A DNA stretch of 64,000 nt, taken from assembly GCA_021622245.1 (NCBI GenBank), contig JAJVTK010000019.1, positions 2,983-66,982 of the forward strand, in the 5' to 3' direction. Origin of the DNA: Segatella copri (GTDB lineage: Bacteria > Bacteroidota > Bacteroidia > Bacteroidales > Bacteroidaceae). Shown one piece after another: positions 36,240-45,925 of the stretch. A program made the translations under genes and the position numbers. Below the pieces are notes generated by a model. That model was not told the DNA's origin and searched no databases. It worked only from the letters and a program-made list of their open reading frames with translations. Numbering within the stretch: the first letter of the stretch is position 1; every line of letters begins with the position of its first letter.

Positions 36240-38360
36240 ATGAAAATGTTAGATTTTAAGGTAAAAAGATTTGTTGGTATTATATTTCATTTGATTTTAG
36301 CTCAAATCTGTTTAGCTCAGACTGGTATCGCTAACCAAAATTTTGGAAAGGATACTTTGCAATTAAGGGAGGTTGTTGTTAGAGCAACCCGCCCTTTGGC
36401 AAAGTTGAACAGCGAAGGCTTTGTGACAGAGGTCAAAGGTACCGTTTTGGAAAAACTTGGTTTTGCAAAAGATGTTATGGGTATGTTGCCTGGTGTACTG
36501 AATAATAATGGTTCCATTGAAGTTTTTGGCAAGGGAAAACCAGTCTTCTATATCAATGGACATATTGTCCGCAATAATATAGAAGTTGAGCAATTGAAGG
36601 CTAACCAAATAGATAAGATAACAGTTATAACGAATCCAAGTTCACGTTATGCATCAACCGTAGGTTCCATCATAAAGATAACAACCATTAAAAAGGTTGG
36701 GGATGGTTTCTCCTTTGATAACATCGCTACTATTGGTTATCGTAATTATCTGTATGGCAAAGACAATTTGGACTTGAACTATAGAATTGACAATTTGGAT
36801 GTTTTTGGAACGTTGGGATTTGAGAAAGGCAAGAATACGAACTCTAGCAAAAATGTTCAGAATTCATGGCTCTCGTCACATCATCAGCAGAATACGACTA
36901 TGAAATCGGCACAGCACTCAAAGTTGATTGATGGTAAATGGGGATTTGATTTTTCCTCGTCTCCAAAACTCTCATTTGGCGCATTTTACCAAGTGTCTTA
37001 TGCTCCAATAAAGACCAATTCGAGCATTATGTCATCATTATATTCTGATGATATAATTGAAAGTGAGACTTCTGCATACAAGGATATCAAATTAAGAGAT
37101 TTGGAACATTTGTTAGATGGATATTGCCATGGGGTTTGGGGAAAATGGAATTTGGAAATGACTTTTGATTTAATGTGGAAAAAAACACATGAAAATCAAA
37201 ATGTTATAGAGCAAACTGGCATCAATCAGGATTTCGGAATTAAAGATGTTGGGCATGCTAGGTTAATGGCAACGGAATTATATGCGTCACACCCATTTCT
37301 TAAAGGTAATTTTAGCTTTGGAGTAGATTTCACCAATAGTAGCCGTGAGGAAAATTCAGAAAGTGAAAATAGCATTATGGCAGGCGAGAACAATAAAATA
37401 CAGGAGCTGAATATGGCATATTACGTTGAAACTATGCAGCATCTAGGCAATGTAACATTCCGTATCGGTGGCAGGTATGAGCATGTGAACAGTGAATATT
37501 TTATAGGTGGCAGAAAAAATCACGAACAGTCACATGTTTATGATAAGTTTTTTCCGACTGCTTCATTGGCTCTGCCCATTGGAAAAACTATGGTGCAGCT
37601 GAGCTATTCTAAGCAATGCTATCGTCCATTGTACTCTCAGTTGAGCAACACGGTTCACTATGTTAACAAATATCTCTATCAAAGTGGAAATCCGTATTTG
37701 CAACCATCCTATAGCGACAACATCTCTTTGAATTTGAGGTATCGCTGGCTGGCATTAACTGCTAATTATAAAAAGGTGCAAAACCAAATAATAACATCAT
37801 ATACATATTATGATGATGCGAAGACTATAGCTTTGCTCAAAAAGGAAAATTCTAGAAACAGTCTGTCTAACTTACAGATAATGGCTTCTTTTATGCCCGG
37901 ATTCCTTTGGAAATGCTATTATCCCGTATTGGCATGTGGTGTTGTCTCGCAATTTTACAAGATTGATTACAGAGGAAATATAAAGCACGTGGACAATCCT
38001 TTGGTTGTAGTTAAGTTCAATAATATTTTCAAATTCCATAACAACTATATGGCGACAGTAAATTACAGTTGGCGTAGTGAGGGAAATAGTGAGAATATTA
38101 AGATGGGGAGTATTGGACAGATAAATCTTTCTTTGGCTAAGGACTTATCTAAAAAATGGAATGTCAAGTTGTCTGCAAATGACATCTTTAATACTGCCCG
38201 CAAAAATACTTTTACCATTTTCAGCGGAATGAATGATGTCTATATTGAAAAGGCTGCGTCTGTAAGGGCAGTGGAATGTAACGTAAGATATAAGTTTAAT
38301 ACAGTTAAAACAAAATATAAAGGTAAAGGGGCAGGGAAAAAGGAAATGGATAGATTGTAA
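36240..38360 (+). CDS. TonB-dependent-receptor-like outer-membrane beta-barrel protein (AT-rich)
   Basis: LREVVV, LPGV…VFGKGKP.FYING plug, GNPYLQP, KYKGKGAG tail. Confidence 0.85.
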   Translation: MKMLDFKVKRFVGIIFHLILAQICLAQTGIANQNFGKDTLQLREVVVRATRPLAKLNSEGFVTEVKGTVLEKLGFAKDVMGMLPGVLNNNGSIEVFGKGKPVFYINGHIVRNNIEVEQLKANQIDKITVITNPSSRYASTVGSIIKITTIKKVGDGFSFDNIATIGYRNYLYGKDNLDLNYRIDNLDVFGTLGFEKGKNTNSSKNVQNSWLSSHHQQNTTMKSAQHSKLIDGKWGFDFSSSPKLSFGAFYQVSYAPIKTNSSIMSSLYSDDIIESETSAYKDIKLRDLEHLLDGYCHGVWGKWNLEMTFDLMWKKTHENQNVIEQTGINQDFGIKDVGHARLMATELYASHPFLKGNFSFGVDFTNSSREENSESENSIMAGENNKIQELNMAYYVETMQHLGNVTFRIGGRYEHVNSEYFIGGRKNHEQSHVYDKFFPTASLALPIGKTMVQLSYSKQCYRPLYSQLSNTVHYVNKYLYQSGNPYLQPSYSDNISLNLRYRWLALTANYKKVQNQIITSYTYYDDAKTIALLKKENSRNSLSNLQIMASFMPGFLWKCYYPVLACGVVSQFYKIDYRGNIKHVDNPLVVVKFNNIFKFHNNYMATVNYSWRSEGNSENIKMGSIGQINLSLAKDLSKKWNVKLSANDIFNTARKNTFTIFSGMNDVYIEKAASVRAVECNVRYKFNTVKTKYKGKGAGKKEMDRL

Positions 38361-38544
38361 CTGTTTAAACTCTATCCATTCTGGGATATGCTTATCGATA
38401 GTTTGTCGTAGTTCATATACCCATATAAATGCAGCTTTATGCTTCAATTTAACTGGATTTTTCCTCCGTTTCTTTGCCATTTCCATCTTTTTCCTTAATT
38501 TTGCAGCGGAAACTCTATAATAGATATTTTTAATAGCAAAAAGA

Positions 38545-39582
38545 ATGAAGATGAAACAGAAAAGGATGAGAAAGATAGGCATCGCTTCGGCTCTGGGCTT
38601 GGTGGTGCTTGTGGTGCTGGGCTTGTATGGTGCCAGCAACTATATGCTCAATTATTCGCTCAACTATCCGAAGGAGGAGAGAATGACGGCTGAGCATTGG
38701 AAGAACAGAATGAAGAACGAGTGTCCCTGGATGATTGGCTGGATGGACTCCGTGTATCAGCACCATTGCGTGAAGGATACCTTTGTCGTGATGCCGTCGG
38801 GCTACAAGGCCCATGCCATCTATCTCTATGCACCGAAGACTACGGAAAAGACTGCCGTGGTGGTGCATGGCTATCAGGTGCGCTCCGAGGGAATGCTGCA
38901 CATCGCCTATCTCTATAATCACGATATGGGGTATAATGTGCTCCTGCCAGATTTGTATGGACATGGAGAGAGTGAGGGCGACCATATCCAGATGGGATGG
39001 AAGGATAGATGGGATGTCATCAGATGGTCGGAAGTAGCCAATGAGATTTTTAAAGTGAAGAGTGAAGGACGAGGAGTGAAGGGTGAAGGAGGAAAAGTGA
39101 AGAGTGAAGAACGAAGAGTGAAGAATACCCGTCAGGTGATTCACGGTATTTCGATGGGTGCGGCAACCACGATGGCAGTATCGGGAGAGAAGACTCCCGA
39201 TTACGTGAAGTGCTTTGTGGAGGACTGCGGCTATACCAGCGTATGGGATGAGTTTGCTGCTCAGCTCAAAGACCAGTTTGGCTTGCCTGCCTTCCCGCTG
39301 ATGAATACCACTTCCGCCCTTTGCCGGTATCGTTACGGCTGGTCGTTTGCCGAGGCTCAGCAGATAGAGCAGGTTCGCAAGAGCACCAAACCGATGCTCT
39401 TTATCCATGGCGACAAGGATGCCTTCGTGCCCTACGCTATGCTTCATCCGCTTTACGAGGCAAAGACGAAGGGCAGAAAAGCCATCTTCATCGCCAAGGG
39501 CTCCGTTCATGCCATGGCGTATCGCGACCATCATGAGGAATACACCCGCATCGTGAAAGATTTTGTTTCTAAAGAAGAATAG
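38545..39582 (+). CDS. Membrane-anchored alpha/beta hydrolase
   Basis: VVVHGY, PDLYGHGESEG, HGISMG nucleophile elbow, IHGDKDAFVP, GSVH. Confidence 0.9.
   Translation: MKMKQKRMRKIGIASALGLVVLVVLGLYGASNYMLNYSLNYPKEERMTAEHWKNRMKNECPWMIGWMDSVYQHHCVKDTFVVMPSGYKAHAIYLYAPKTTEKTAVVVHGYQVRSEGMLHIAYLYNHDMGYNVLLPDLYGHGESEGDHIQMGWKDRWDVIRWSEVANEIFKVKSEGRGVKGEGGKVKSEERRVKNTRQVIHGISMGAATTMAVSGEKTPDYVKCFVEDCGYTSVWDEFAAQLKDQFGLPAFPLMNTTSALCRYRYGWSFAEAQQIEQVRKSTKPMLFIHGDKDAFVPYAMLHPLYEAKTKGRKAIFIAKGSVHAMAYRDHHEEYTRIVKDFVSKEE
39052..39126 (+). repeat. In-frame heptamer-like (AGTGAAG) repeat tract inside the hydrolase gene
   Basis: Encodes KVKSEGRGVKGEGGKVKSEERRVKN just before the nucleophile strand. Confidence 0.75.
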
Positions 39583-39583
39583 G

Positions 39584-39735
39584 CTATTCTCCTATATGTT
39601 GTCCCACCACATACCCCGTGGTCCAGGCGGCCTGCAGATTGAAACCGCCGGTGATGGCATCGATGTCGAGCACTTCGCCGCAAAGAATCCTGCGGCACCC
39701 CCACCAATAATTGCAATATGTAGTGATTGTGGCAT
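39584..39735 (-). pseudogene. Internally deleted HI0933/YhiN (BaiN-like) flavoprotein remnant
   Basis: N-terminus [20 protein letters not shown] is joined out of frame to C-terminus [27 protein letters not shown]…stop within 152 bp. Confidence 0.85.
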
Positions 39736-39877
39736 ATCGTATTTTGGGTTGATTAGGGTGCAAAGGTACTGCTTTTCTTTGATAAAAGAAGAAAAGTTCT
39801 CCTTTTTCTTTTGCAGATACGATAGATTTTTGTAACTTTGCGCAAAAATCATAGTATATCAAGTATCAAATAGATTT

Positions 39878-40276
39878 ATGGCAAAAAGAGAATATGTTGA
39901 GGCCAACAAGCGTTGGCTGGAGGAAAAGGCAAAGGAGGAGGGCGTTATGGCGCTGCCTCGTGGTATATATTATAAGGTGTTGAAGCAAGGAGACCCGAAG
40001 GGAGCACAGCCTAGCCGACGCAGCATCGTGACGGCTCATTATACTGGTTGGACCATCAACGGCAAGAAGTTTGATTCCAGCCGTGGCGGTACGCCATTCG
40101 CCATGCGATTGAGCGACCTGATAGATGGCTGGATTGTTGCCATGCAGCAGATGCACGTGGGCGACCAGTGGGAACTTTACATCCCAGCCGAAATGGGCTA
40201 CGGCAAGTTCTCGCAGCCGGGCATCCCAGGCGGTTCTACCCTGATATTCGAAGTAGAACTGCTGGGAGTGGGATAA
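39878..40276 (+). CDS. FKBP-type peptidyl-prolyl isomerase
   Basis: HYTG…GKKFDSS, LIDGW, YIPAEMGYG, IPGGSTLIFEVELL. Confidence 0.95.
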   Translation: MAKREYVEANKRWLEEKAKEEGVMALPRGIYYKVLKQGDPKGAQPSRRSIVTAHYTGWTINGKKFDSSRGGTPFAMRLSDLIDGWIVAMQQMHVGDQWELYIPAEMGYGKFSQPGIPGGSTLIFEVELLGVG

Positions 40277-40327
40277 CCCGGATACTTGAAATTATAAAGA
40301 TCATTAAGATAAGAGAGTCTTGTCCGG

Positions 40328-42544
40328 CTATAGTCGGTTCAATTCATCTTCCGCACTGTTCATGCCGTTGTATCTTCCCTTGCGCTTGTTGAATTTCCAG
40401 GTTATGGTCAACTTGTAGCTCCATAGCTTGTAATCCTCAGTCTGGGAGAAGTCAACGGCATGCTCGTGGGTTCGCTCCTTGAAGAGCTGCTGATGGAAGA
40501 GGTCGTTAGCACTGAAGGCAACCTGTAATCTGCCGTCCATCCACGATTTGTTGGCACCAAGACTCCAGTTCTGAGTGGGGCGGAACTTCGTTTTGCCCAC
40601 TTGTCCTCCGTTGTCAAAACTGTAGGAGAGCGACAGCTGATAGTCGTTTGGTAGTGTGAAGTAATTGTCAAACGATGCATTCCAAGTTGCTCCGTTGTAA
40701 CTGATTAGCTCTCCATGATCATTTACGGAGAAGCGCTGGTAAGTGATGCTTGCATGGGCATTCGGACGCCAGCAGCCGAAGACGTGACCCCAGTTGAGAT
40801 AGGCCATGTATTTCTGAATCTTGTTGAAGTTCATGAATGTACTCACGTATCTTATGGGCTTGTCCTCCGGCACTTCATGAATGTACATGATGGAGTGGTC
40901 GATACGGGTATATCTCAGCATTCCCATGAAATCTTTCCACTGCACGGAGTAGGTCAGACGATAGGTGTTGACAGGCTGCAGCTTCGGATTGCTGATCTGA
41001 TACTGAAAGCGCGAGATATAGTAGATGTTTCCACTGAGCTGACTGAAAGAAGGTCGGGCGGTGGTAGTTCGGAAGCTGAGCGAGTGATGCCACGATGGTT
41101 CGTTGAGAGTGATACCGAACGATGGAAACCACTGGTTGTAATGGCGCTCCATATTGTCGGGAGATTCCTCCGACAGATTGGTGTATCGGGATGTGAGATG
41201 CTCGTATCGGATGCCTGCCCACCAGCTCCATCTGCCAGCTTCACCCTGATATTGCAGGTAAGCAGCCGTCTTGGTATCGTGGTTTTTGTATTCCGTAGTT
41301 CCAAGCATATCGGCAGAACTTTCGGTTTTTCCCTTACCTTCCATCAGGCTCCATTCGCCACCATAGTTGATGGAATGTTTATCAGAGATGAGTTGCTTGA
41401 CTTCGATTTTTCCACTATAGATATCGTAGTTGGAATTAGAGCGGTTGAGGGTTTCCTGCATCTCGCTACCTACTTTCTCCGTGATAGGCTGTCTGTCAGA
41501 ATCCTTGTTCCTTGCATAGTCCAGATAAATCTGTGATGAGAGATGTTTCGACCATTTAGCCAGATGGAAGAGATTGAAGTGGTGGCTGCGCTGGTGTCCC
41601 CATTGCTGGCTCTCCGCATCAAAATACTTCATTTCGCCATCCGCATCAGAAAGCTTCATCTCTCTATTTGTATCTTCTCCTGCTGGGTTAGGATAGCGAT
41701 AGTACTGCTGCTGTTTCTCGCTTCTGCCGCCATTCAGCCAAAGCCCTTCCCATTGTATTCCCACTTCGTGTTGCTTGCTGAGCAACCAGTCGAAGTTGAG
41801 TTCTGTAGCGTTATAATTTGCCTTGTTCTTGCCATGGCGGTCGGTTCCGAAGAGATATTCGCCATCTTTGGCTCTTACGAGCGCTTCCTGTGGCTGATGC
41901 ACATTGTATCGGTTGTCTGTGTAACCGTAAAATCCTGTGAGCGAAATTTTCTTCGTTACCCAACCCAGAGTCAATTCCTCGTGGTTGGTGTTCACCTCGC
42001 TCAATTTATCATACACCTGCATCTTGCCGAATATACCCTCGTCTGTTCTTCTCGTCAGGATTCTCAGTACGGCTCCCGTCGTTGCATCATATTTTGCACC
42101 AGGAGTGGTAATGAGTTCTATTTCATCTATCAGCTTCACATCGAGATGAGAGAGTTCGGCAGAAGTCGCCTTCTTGTCGTTGAGGTAGATGGTGGGGGCT
42201 CCCAGTCCGTTCACCTCCAGGCTTCCATCGGCGGTTTGTTTCATGCCGGGTATGTGTCTCAATACATCTTCCAGCGTTGGTTCCTTTGCCAAAGGAGTGT
42301 TGCGGACACGGGTAACCAGGGCATCGTTCCTCATCTTGTACATCGGGCGATGACCTGTTACGGTTACGGCTTGAATCTCTGCCTCCTTATCAGCATAGAT
42401 CTCAGTCTCCTTATCAGCTTTGATCGAATCTTTTTCCGTCTGTATTGAGTCTGCGCAAACTCCGGATGTCGGGAGTTTCCCATTTTGTGCAGTTGCACAG
42501 GTGGCGGTGGCTAGCATCGCGCATAAAACTGTTTCTTTCTTCAT
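40328..42544 (-). CDS. TonB-dependent-receptor-like outer-membrane beta-barrel protein
   Basis: Signal peptide from ATG 42544, IQAVTV, L.HIPG…IELITTPGAKYDA plug, SNPKLQP, C-terminal RY.G…ELNRL tail. Confidence 0.8.
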   Translation of the reverse strand: MKKETVLCAMLATATCATAQNGKLPTSGVCADSIQTEKDSIKADKETEIYADKEAEIQAVTVTGHRPMYKMRNDALVTRVRNTPLAKEPTLEDVLRHIPGMKQTADGSLEVNGLGAPTIYLNDKKATSAELSHLDVKLIDEIELITTPGAKYDATTGAVLRILTRRTDEGIFGKMQVYDKLSEVNTNHEELTLGWVTKKISLTGFYGYTDNRYNVHQPQEALVRAKDGEYLFGTDRHGKNKANYNATELNFDWLLSKQHEVGIQWEGLWLNGGRSEKQQQYYRYPNPAGEDTNREMKLSDADGEMKYFDAESQQWGHQRSHHFNLFHLAKWSKHLSSQIYLDYARNKDSDRQPITEKVGSEMQETLNRSNSNYDIYSGKIEVKQLISDKHSINYGGEWSLMEGKGKTESSADMLGTTEYKNHDTKTAAYLQYQGEAGRWSWWAGIRYEHLTSRYTNLSEESPDNMERHYNQWFPSFGITLNEPSWHHSLSFRTTTARPSFSQLSGNIYYISRFQYQISNPKLQPVNTYRLTYSVQWKDFMGMLRYTRIDHSIMYIHEVPEDKPIRYVSTFMNFNKIQKYMAYLNWGHVFGCWRPNAHASITYQRFSVNDHGELISYNGATWNASFDNYFTLPNDYQLSLSYSFDNGGQVGKTKFRPTQNWSLGANKSWMDGRLQVAFSANDLFHQQLFKERTHEHAVDFSQTEDYKLWSYKLTITWKFNKRKGRYNGMNSAEDELNRL

Positions 42545-42572
42545 ATTCTTCCTTGTTTTTTGTTTTCGTCTG

Positions 42573-42684
42573 CAAAGGAACTGTTTTTCGGGCTCAAAAT
42601 CGCAAATAATCATTACTGAAACATTACGCTGGCAAAATAATCTTGCTTCACCTTATTATATATAATGAAATCTTTGTACCTTTG
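42573..42684. promoter_or_regulatory. Divergent promoter region with 11-bp-period CATTAC direct repeat
   Basis: TTCCTTTG (-) at 42580-42573; CATTAC at 42611 and 42622; TACCTTTG (+) at 42677-42684. Confidence 0.55.
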
Positions 42685-42706
42685 CACTGAAAAAAGAAAA
42701 AATGAT

Positions 42707-44125
42707 ATGAATAGAAGAATCAAACAAGTCTGGCTGCTCGCCATCCTTTCCTCTTTCCTGCTGATAGGCTTGCAGACCTATTGGCTATACAATAGCGTGA
42801 CCTATTCGATGGGAGAGATGGGGAAGAAAAATGCCGAAAAGGCGGAACAGGCAATAGTCACTTATCAGACAAATATCGGAGCGGCGGTAAGAGAAAAATC
42901 ACATATCGGTTATGTCGTCACGGCATATTTTTCAGACAGCAAGCGTCCCTGTACTACGATTTGCTCTCCGCTGGATACGGATACAATCATTGGTGGAGTG
43001 GTGTATAGCAAGCCGGGATTCGGCAACGTGATGGAAAAGAGAGATACTTTCGATTTGCGTGAGACGGATTCCAACAATTCTTTTGATTGCCTAAATACTT
43101 ACACCACTTACCAGCTTACCCATTTTGACAAGGCGCATTTTGACCGTTTCATCAGTAAGAAACTGGGCAATGATTTCATCGGGGCAGAGATGAAGACGGG
43201 AAAGCATCGTCTGTGGCAGACAAGAATCGTAGAGCCTCCTACCTTGTTTCATCACGAAATGCTGGTAGAAGTGCCTTTCAATCCTATCCGGTATCAGTCG
43301 ATGCAAATGAGGATGCAGGTGCCGATGCTGCCCATCCTGAAGGGAATGATGTGGCAGATGATAGGAAGTCTCCTGGTTACCATCATGCTTCTCCTGAGCA
43401 TAGCTTATCTCATCAAGGTGATGCTCCTGCAGAAGAAGGTGGATAAGATGCGAAGCGACTTCGTGCATACGATGATTCACGAGCTGAAACGCCCCGTGCA
43501 GACACTGAAGATGTGTGTATCCGTATTCTCTGCTCAAAAGACAGATGAGAAGGATGAGAATGCCCTCATCATGGAGACGGTAAGAGAGGAGAGCGATAAC
43601 CTGACCGCCTATCTCGCCAAACTTCGGGAAGTAATCAGGGCAGAGGAACATATCCCGCTCCAGATAACTTCTTTCGATATCCATGCCGCCTTGCAGAATC
43701 TGGTGGCTGTGTATCGAAAGACCAGGCAGAAGGAGGTGAATGTTTCGCTCGATTACCAGCGCACTTCCGATAGGATGATGGGAGATAGAGACCAGCTTCT
43801 GAATGTGGTCAGTAATCTGATGGAGAACTCGGTGAAGTATTCCGGCGATATCGTCAATATCCATGTTGCCTGCCGAGATACCGGGAAGGGGGAAGTCATG
43901 ATTTCTGTATCAGATAATGGCATCGGCATCTCGTCCGATGAACAGCAGAGAGTCTGGACGAAGTTCTATCGCAGCAATGCTTACCCGGATATGATGCAGC
44001 CGGGCATCGGCTTGGGCTTGAGTTTTGTGGATATGATTGTGAAGGCCCATGGGGGCAGGAAAATGATGCAGAGCGAAGTGGGCAAGGGAACCAGGATTTC
44101 AATCATCATCCCGCAGTACTTCTGA
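42707..44125 (+). CDS. Sensor histidine kinase
   Basis: Two TM segments, H-box MIHELKRP, N-box NLMENSVKYS, DNGIGI, GIGLGL. Confidence 0.95.
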   Translation: MNRRIKQVWLLAILSSFLLIGLQTYWLYNSVTYSMGEMGKKNAEKAEQAIVTYQTNIGAAVREKSHIGYVVTAYFSDSKRPCTTICSPLDTDTIIGGVVYSKPGFGNVMEKRDTFDLRETDSNNSFDCLNTYTTYQLTHFDKAHFDRFISKKLGNDFIGAEMKTGKHRLWQTRIVEPPTLFHHEMLVEVPFNPIRYQSMQMRMQVPMLPILKGMMWQMIGSLLVTIMLLLSIAYLIKVMLLQKKVDKMRSDFVHTMIHELKRPVQTLKMCVSVFSAQKTDEKDENALIMETVREESDNLTAYLAKLREVIRAEEHIPLQITSFDIHAALQNLVAVYRKTRQKEVNVSLDYQRTSDRMMGDRDQLLNVVSNLMENSVKYSGDIVNIHVACRDTGKGEVMISVSDNGIGISSDEQQRVWTKFYRSNAYPDMMQPGIGLGLSFVDMIVKAHGGRKMMQSEVGKGTRISIIIPQYF

Positions 44126-44159
44126 AGCATCCGGTTTAACGCTATAAACAACAGAAAAA

Positions 44160-44846
44160 ATGATCAAGATATTATTTGCAGACGATGACTTGAAGTATTC
44201 CATGTTGCTGAAGAGTTTCCTGCAGCAGCATGGCTACGACGTGACTTATGCCGGCAATGGCAAGAAGGCATGGGAGCAGTTCCCGGAAGTGAAGCCCGAC
44301 CTGGTATTGCTCGACATCAATATGCCGGAGATGGATGGCTATGAGGTGGCTGAGCGCATCAGAGCCATCGACCCGAAGGTGCTTATCTTCTTCCTCACCG
44401 ACCGTACGGAGAAGAACGATCGACTGAAAGGTTTCTCCCTGAAGGCAAACGATTATCTTGCCAAACCCTTCTATCCGGAAGAGTTACTGGCAAGAATAGA
44501 GGAGCGGTTCTCCATGAATGAGAGTGAGACGATAGAAGAGGAGGTGTATCATTTCGGTGAAACCACCTTCTGCTATAACAACAATGAGCTTCGCACCCGT
44601 TCCTCTCGTGTGCTCATCACCAGCCGACAAGCCGACATCCTCCGTCTGCTGGCGAAGAATATCGGCAATGTAGTAAGCAAGGAGATGATACAGGAGGCGG
44701 TGTGGGGAACCGTGAGCTATGCCAACTCCCTGGCTGTGAATGTGCAGATGACGTATCTTCGCCATGCTCTTCAGCATGATGCGACCGTTAAGATTGAGTC
44801 GCTGAAGAAAAAGGGATATGTACTTACTCTCTTATCTGAAGTATAG
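44160..44846 (+). CDS. OmpR-family response regulator
   Basis: KILFADDD, LLDINMP.MDG, DYLAKPF, C-terminal winged helix. Confidence 0.95.
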   Translation: MIKILFADDDLKYSMLLKSFLQQHGYDVTYAGNGKKAWEQFPEVKPDLVLLDINMPEMDGYEVAERIRAIDPKVLIFFLTDRTEKNDRLKGFSLKANDYLAKPFYPEELLARIEERFSMNESETIEEEVYHFGETTFCYNNNELRTRSSRVLITSRQADILRLLAKNIGNVVSKEMIQEAVWGTVSYANSLAVNVQMTYLRHALQHDATVKIESLKKKGYVLTLLSEV

Positions 44847-44872
44847 TAAATACCTCTTTAATCCGAATTATA

Positions 44873-44928
44873 AAAAAGTTGACCCGAAACAGTGGCTATT
44901 GCTAGCCATCTGTCTCGGATCTTTTTAT
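44873..44928. terminator. Bidirectional terminator hairpin
   Basis: A tract, CCGAAACAG-TGGCTA…TAGCCA-TCTGTCTCGG, then a T tract, between convergent genes. Confidence 0.65.
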
Positions 44929-44944
44929 TTGTGGATGAAGTGGA

Positions 44945-45850
44945 TTATTCTTCTGTTTTTGCCATCATCTTCTCATAGAGTCCATCCACGATGGAGTCGG
45001 CGAGCGAGATGTTGGGCACCATGATGTTTTCGCACTTCAGATATTCGCATGCCTTGAGGAAAATCTCTGCGGCAGGGATGATGACGTCGGCACGGTCTTC
45101 TTTCAGGGAGAAAGAGATCTCGCGTTCCTCGATGCTCAGGGGCTGCATCATCGAATAGAGGCGCTTCAGTTCGGCAAGCGTCAGGTTCTTGGCATCCTGC
45201 TTGCTGTGGCGTGCCAGCTTGTTCAACTTGTTGATGTTGCCACCCGAACCGATGATCTTGATGTCACCGTATTGCTCGGCATATCTCGTCAGGTTCTCCT
45301 TGAAGAGTTTTTCTGTTTCGGCAGTCACCTTGCCGCTCAGCATTCTCAGGGTACCCATGTTATAGGAATAGCTCTCGGCAAGAACGCCATCGTGGATGAT
45401 GCTCACCTCCGTGGAACCACCGCCCACATCGATGTAGGCAAAGCTGCCCTCGTTGGAGTCTGTTTTCTCTACCAGGTTGTTGTAGAGGAGTTGTGCCTCC
45501 TCCTGACCCTTGATGATTTCGAGTTTGATGCCGGTTTGCTTCTCTATCTTCTTGAGCACCTTCTTGCCGTTCTCGGCATCGCGCATGGCCGATGTGGCAC
45601 AGGCGCGAAATGCCTCTACGTCATTGAGTTTCATGAATTGCTTGAAACCCTTCATCATGTGGAGCATCATCTTCTCACGCTCCTTGGAAACTTTTCCCAG
45701 GGTGAAAACATCCTTACCCAATCGCAGTGGGATGCGGATGAACATGAGTTTCTTGATGCGGTCTTCCTCACGGATTGCCTCGGGATCGAAGCGCTTGATG
45801 AGGAGTCGGGCTCCGTTGGAGCCGATATCTATGGATGCTAAATTCATCAT
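44945..45850 (-). CDS. ppx: Exopolyphosphatase (Ppx/GppA family)
   Basis: SIDIGSN, ATSAMRDA, GQEEA, IDVGGGSTE, DRADVI. Confidence 0.92.
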   Translation of the reverse strand: MMNLASIDIGSNGARLLIKRFDPEAIREEDRIKKLMFIRIPLRLGKDVFTLGKVSKEREKMMLHMMKGFKQFMKLNDVEAFRACATSAMRDAENGKKVLKKIEKQTGIKLEIIKGQEEAQLLYNNLVEKTDSNEGSFAYIDVGGGSTEVSIIHDGVLAESYSYNMGTLRMLSGKVTAETEKLFKENLTRYAEQYGDIKIIGSGGNINKLNKLARHSKQDAKNLTLAELKRLYSMMQPLSIEEREISFSLKEDRADVIIPAAEIFLKACEYLKCENIMVPNISLADSIVDGLYEKMMAKTEE

Positions 45851-45876
45851 TATTATAGTGTTTTATGTTTAGTGTT

Positions 45877-45925
45877 ATCAATAATCATTAATCAATAATC
45901 ATTAATCATTAATCACTAATCATTA
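45877..45925. repeat. Heptamer tandem repeat (TAATCAH)n
   Basis: About 7 copies between ppk1 and ppx. Confidence 0.8.

Noticed and set aside
38530..39534. 334-aa minus-strand ORF with SSFTLH repeats
   Set aside because: Antisense to the alpha/beta hydrolase; the repeat is the reverse reading of the AGTGAAG tract.
40715..42448. Two long plus-strand ORFs (273 and 301 aa)
   Set aside because: Antisense to the barrel gene at 40328-42544; typical codon-bias shadows.
5577..42544. Barrel genes as SusC-type polysaccharide utilisation loci
   Set aside because: They are shorter than SusC, lack SusC signatures, and have no SusD or glycoside hydrolase neighbours.
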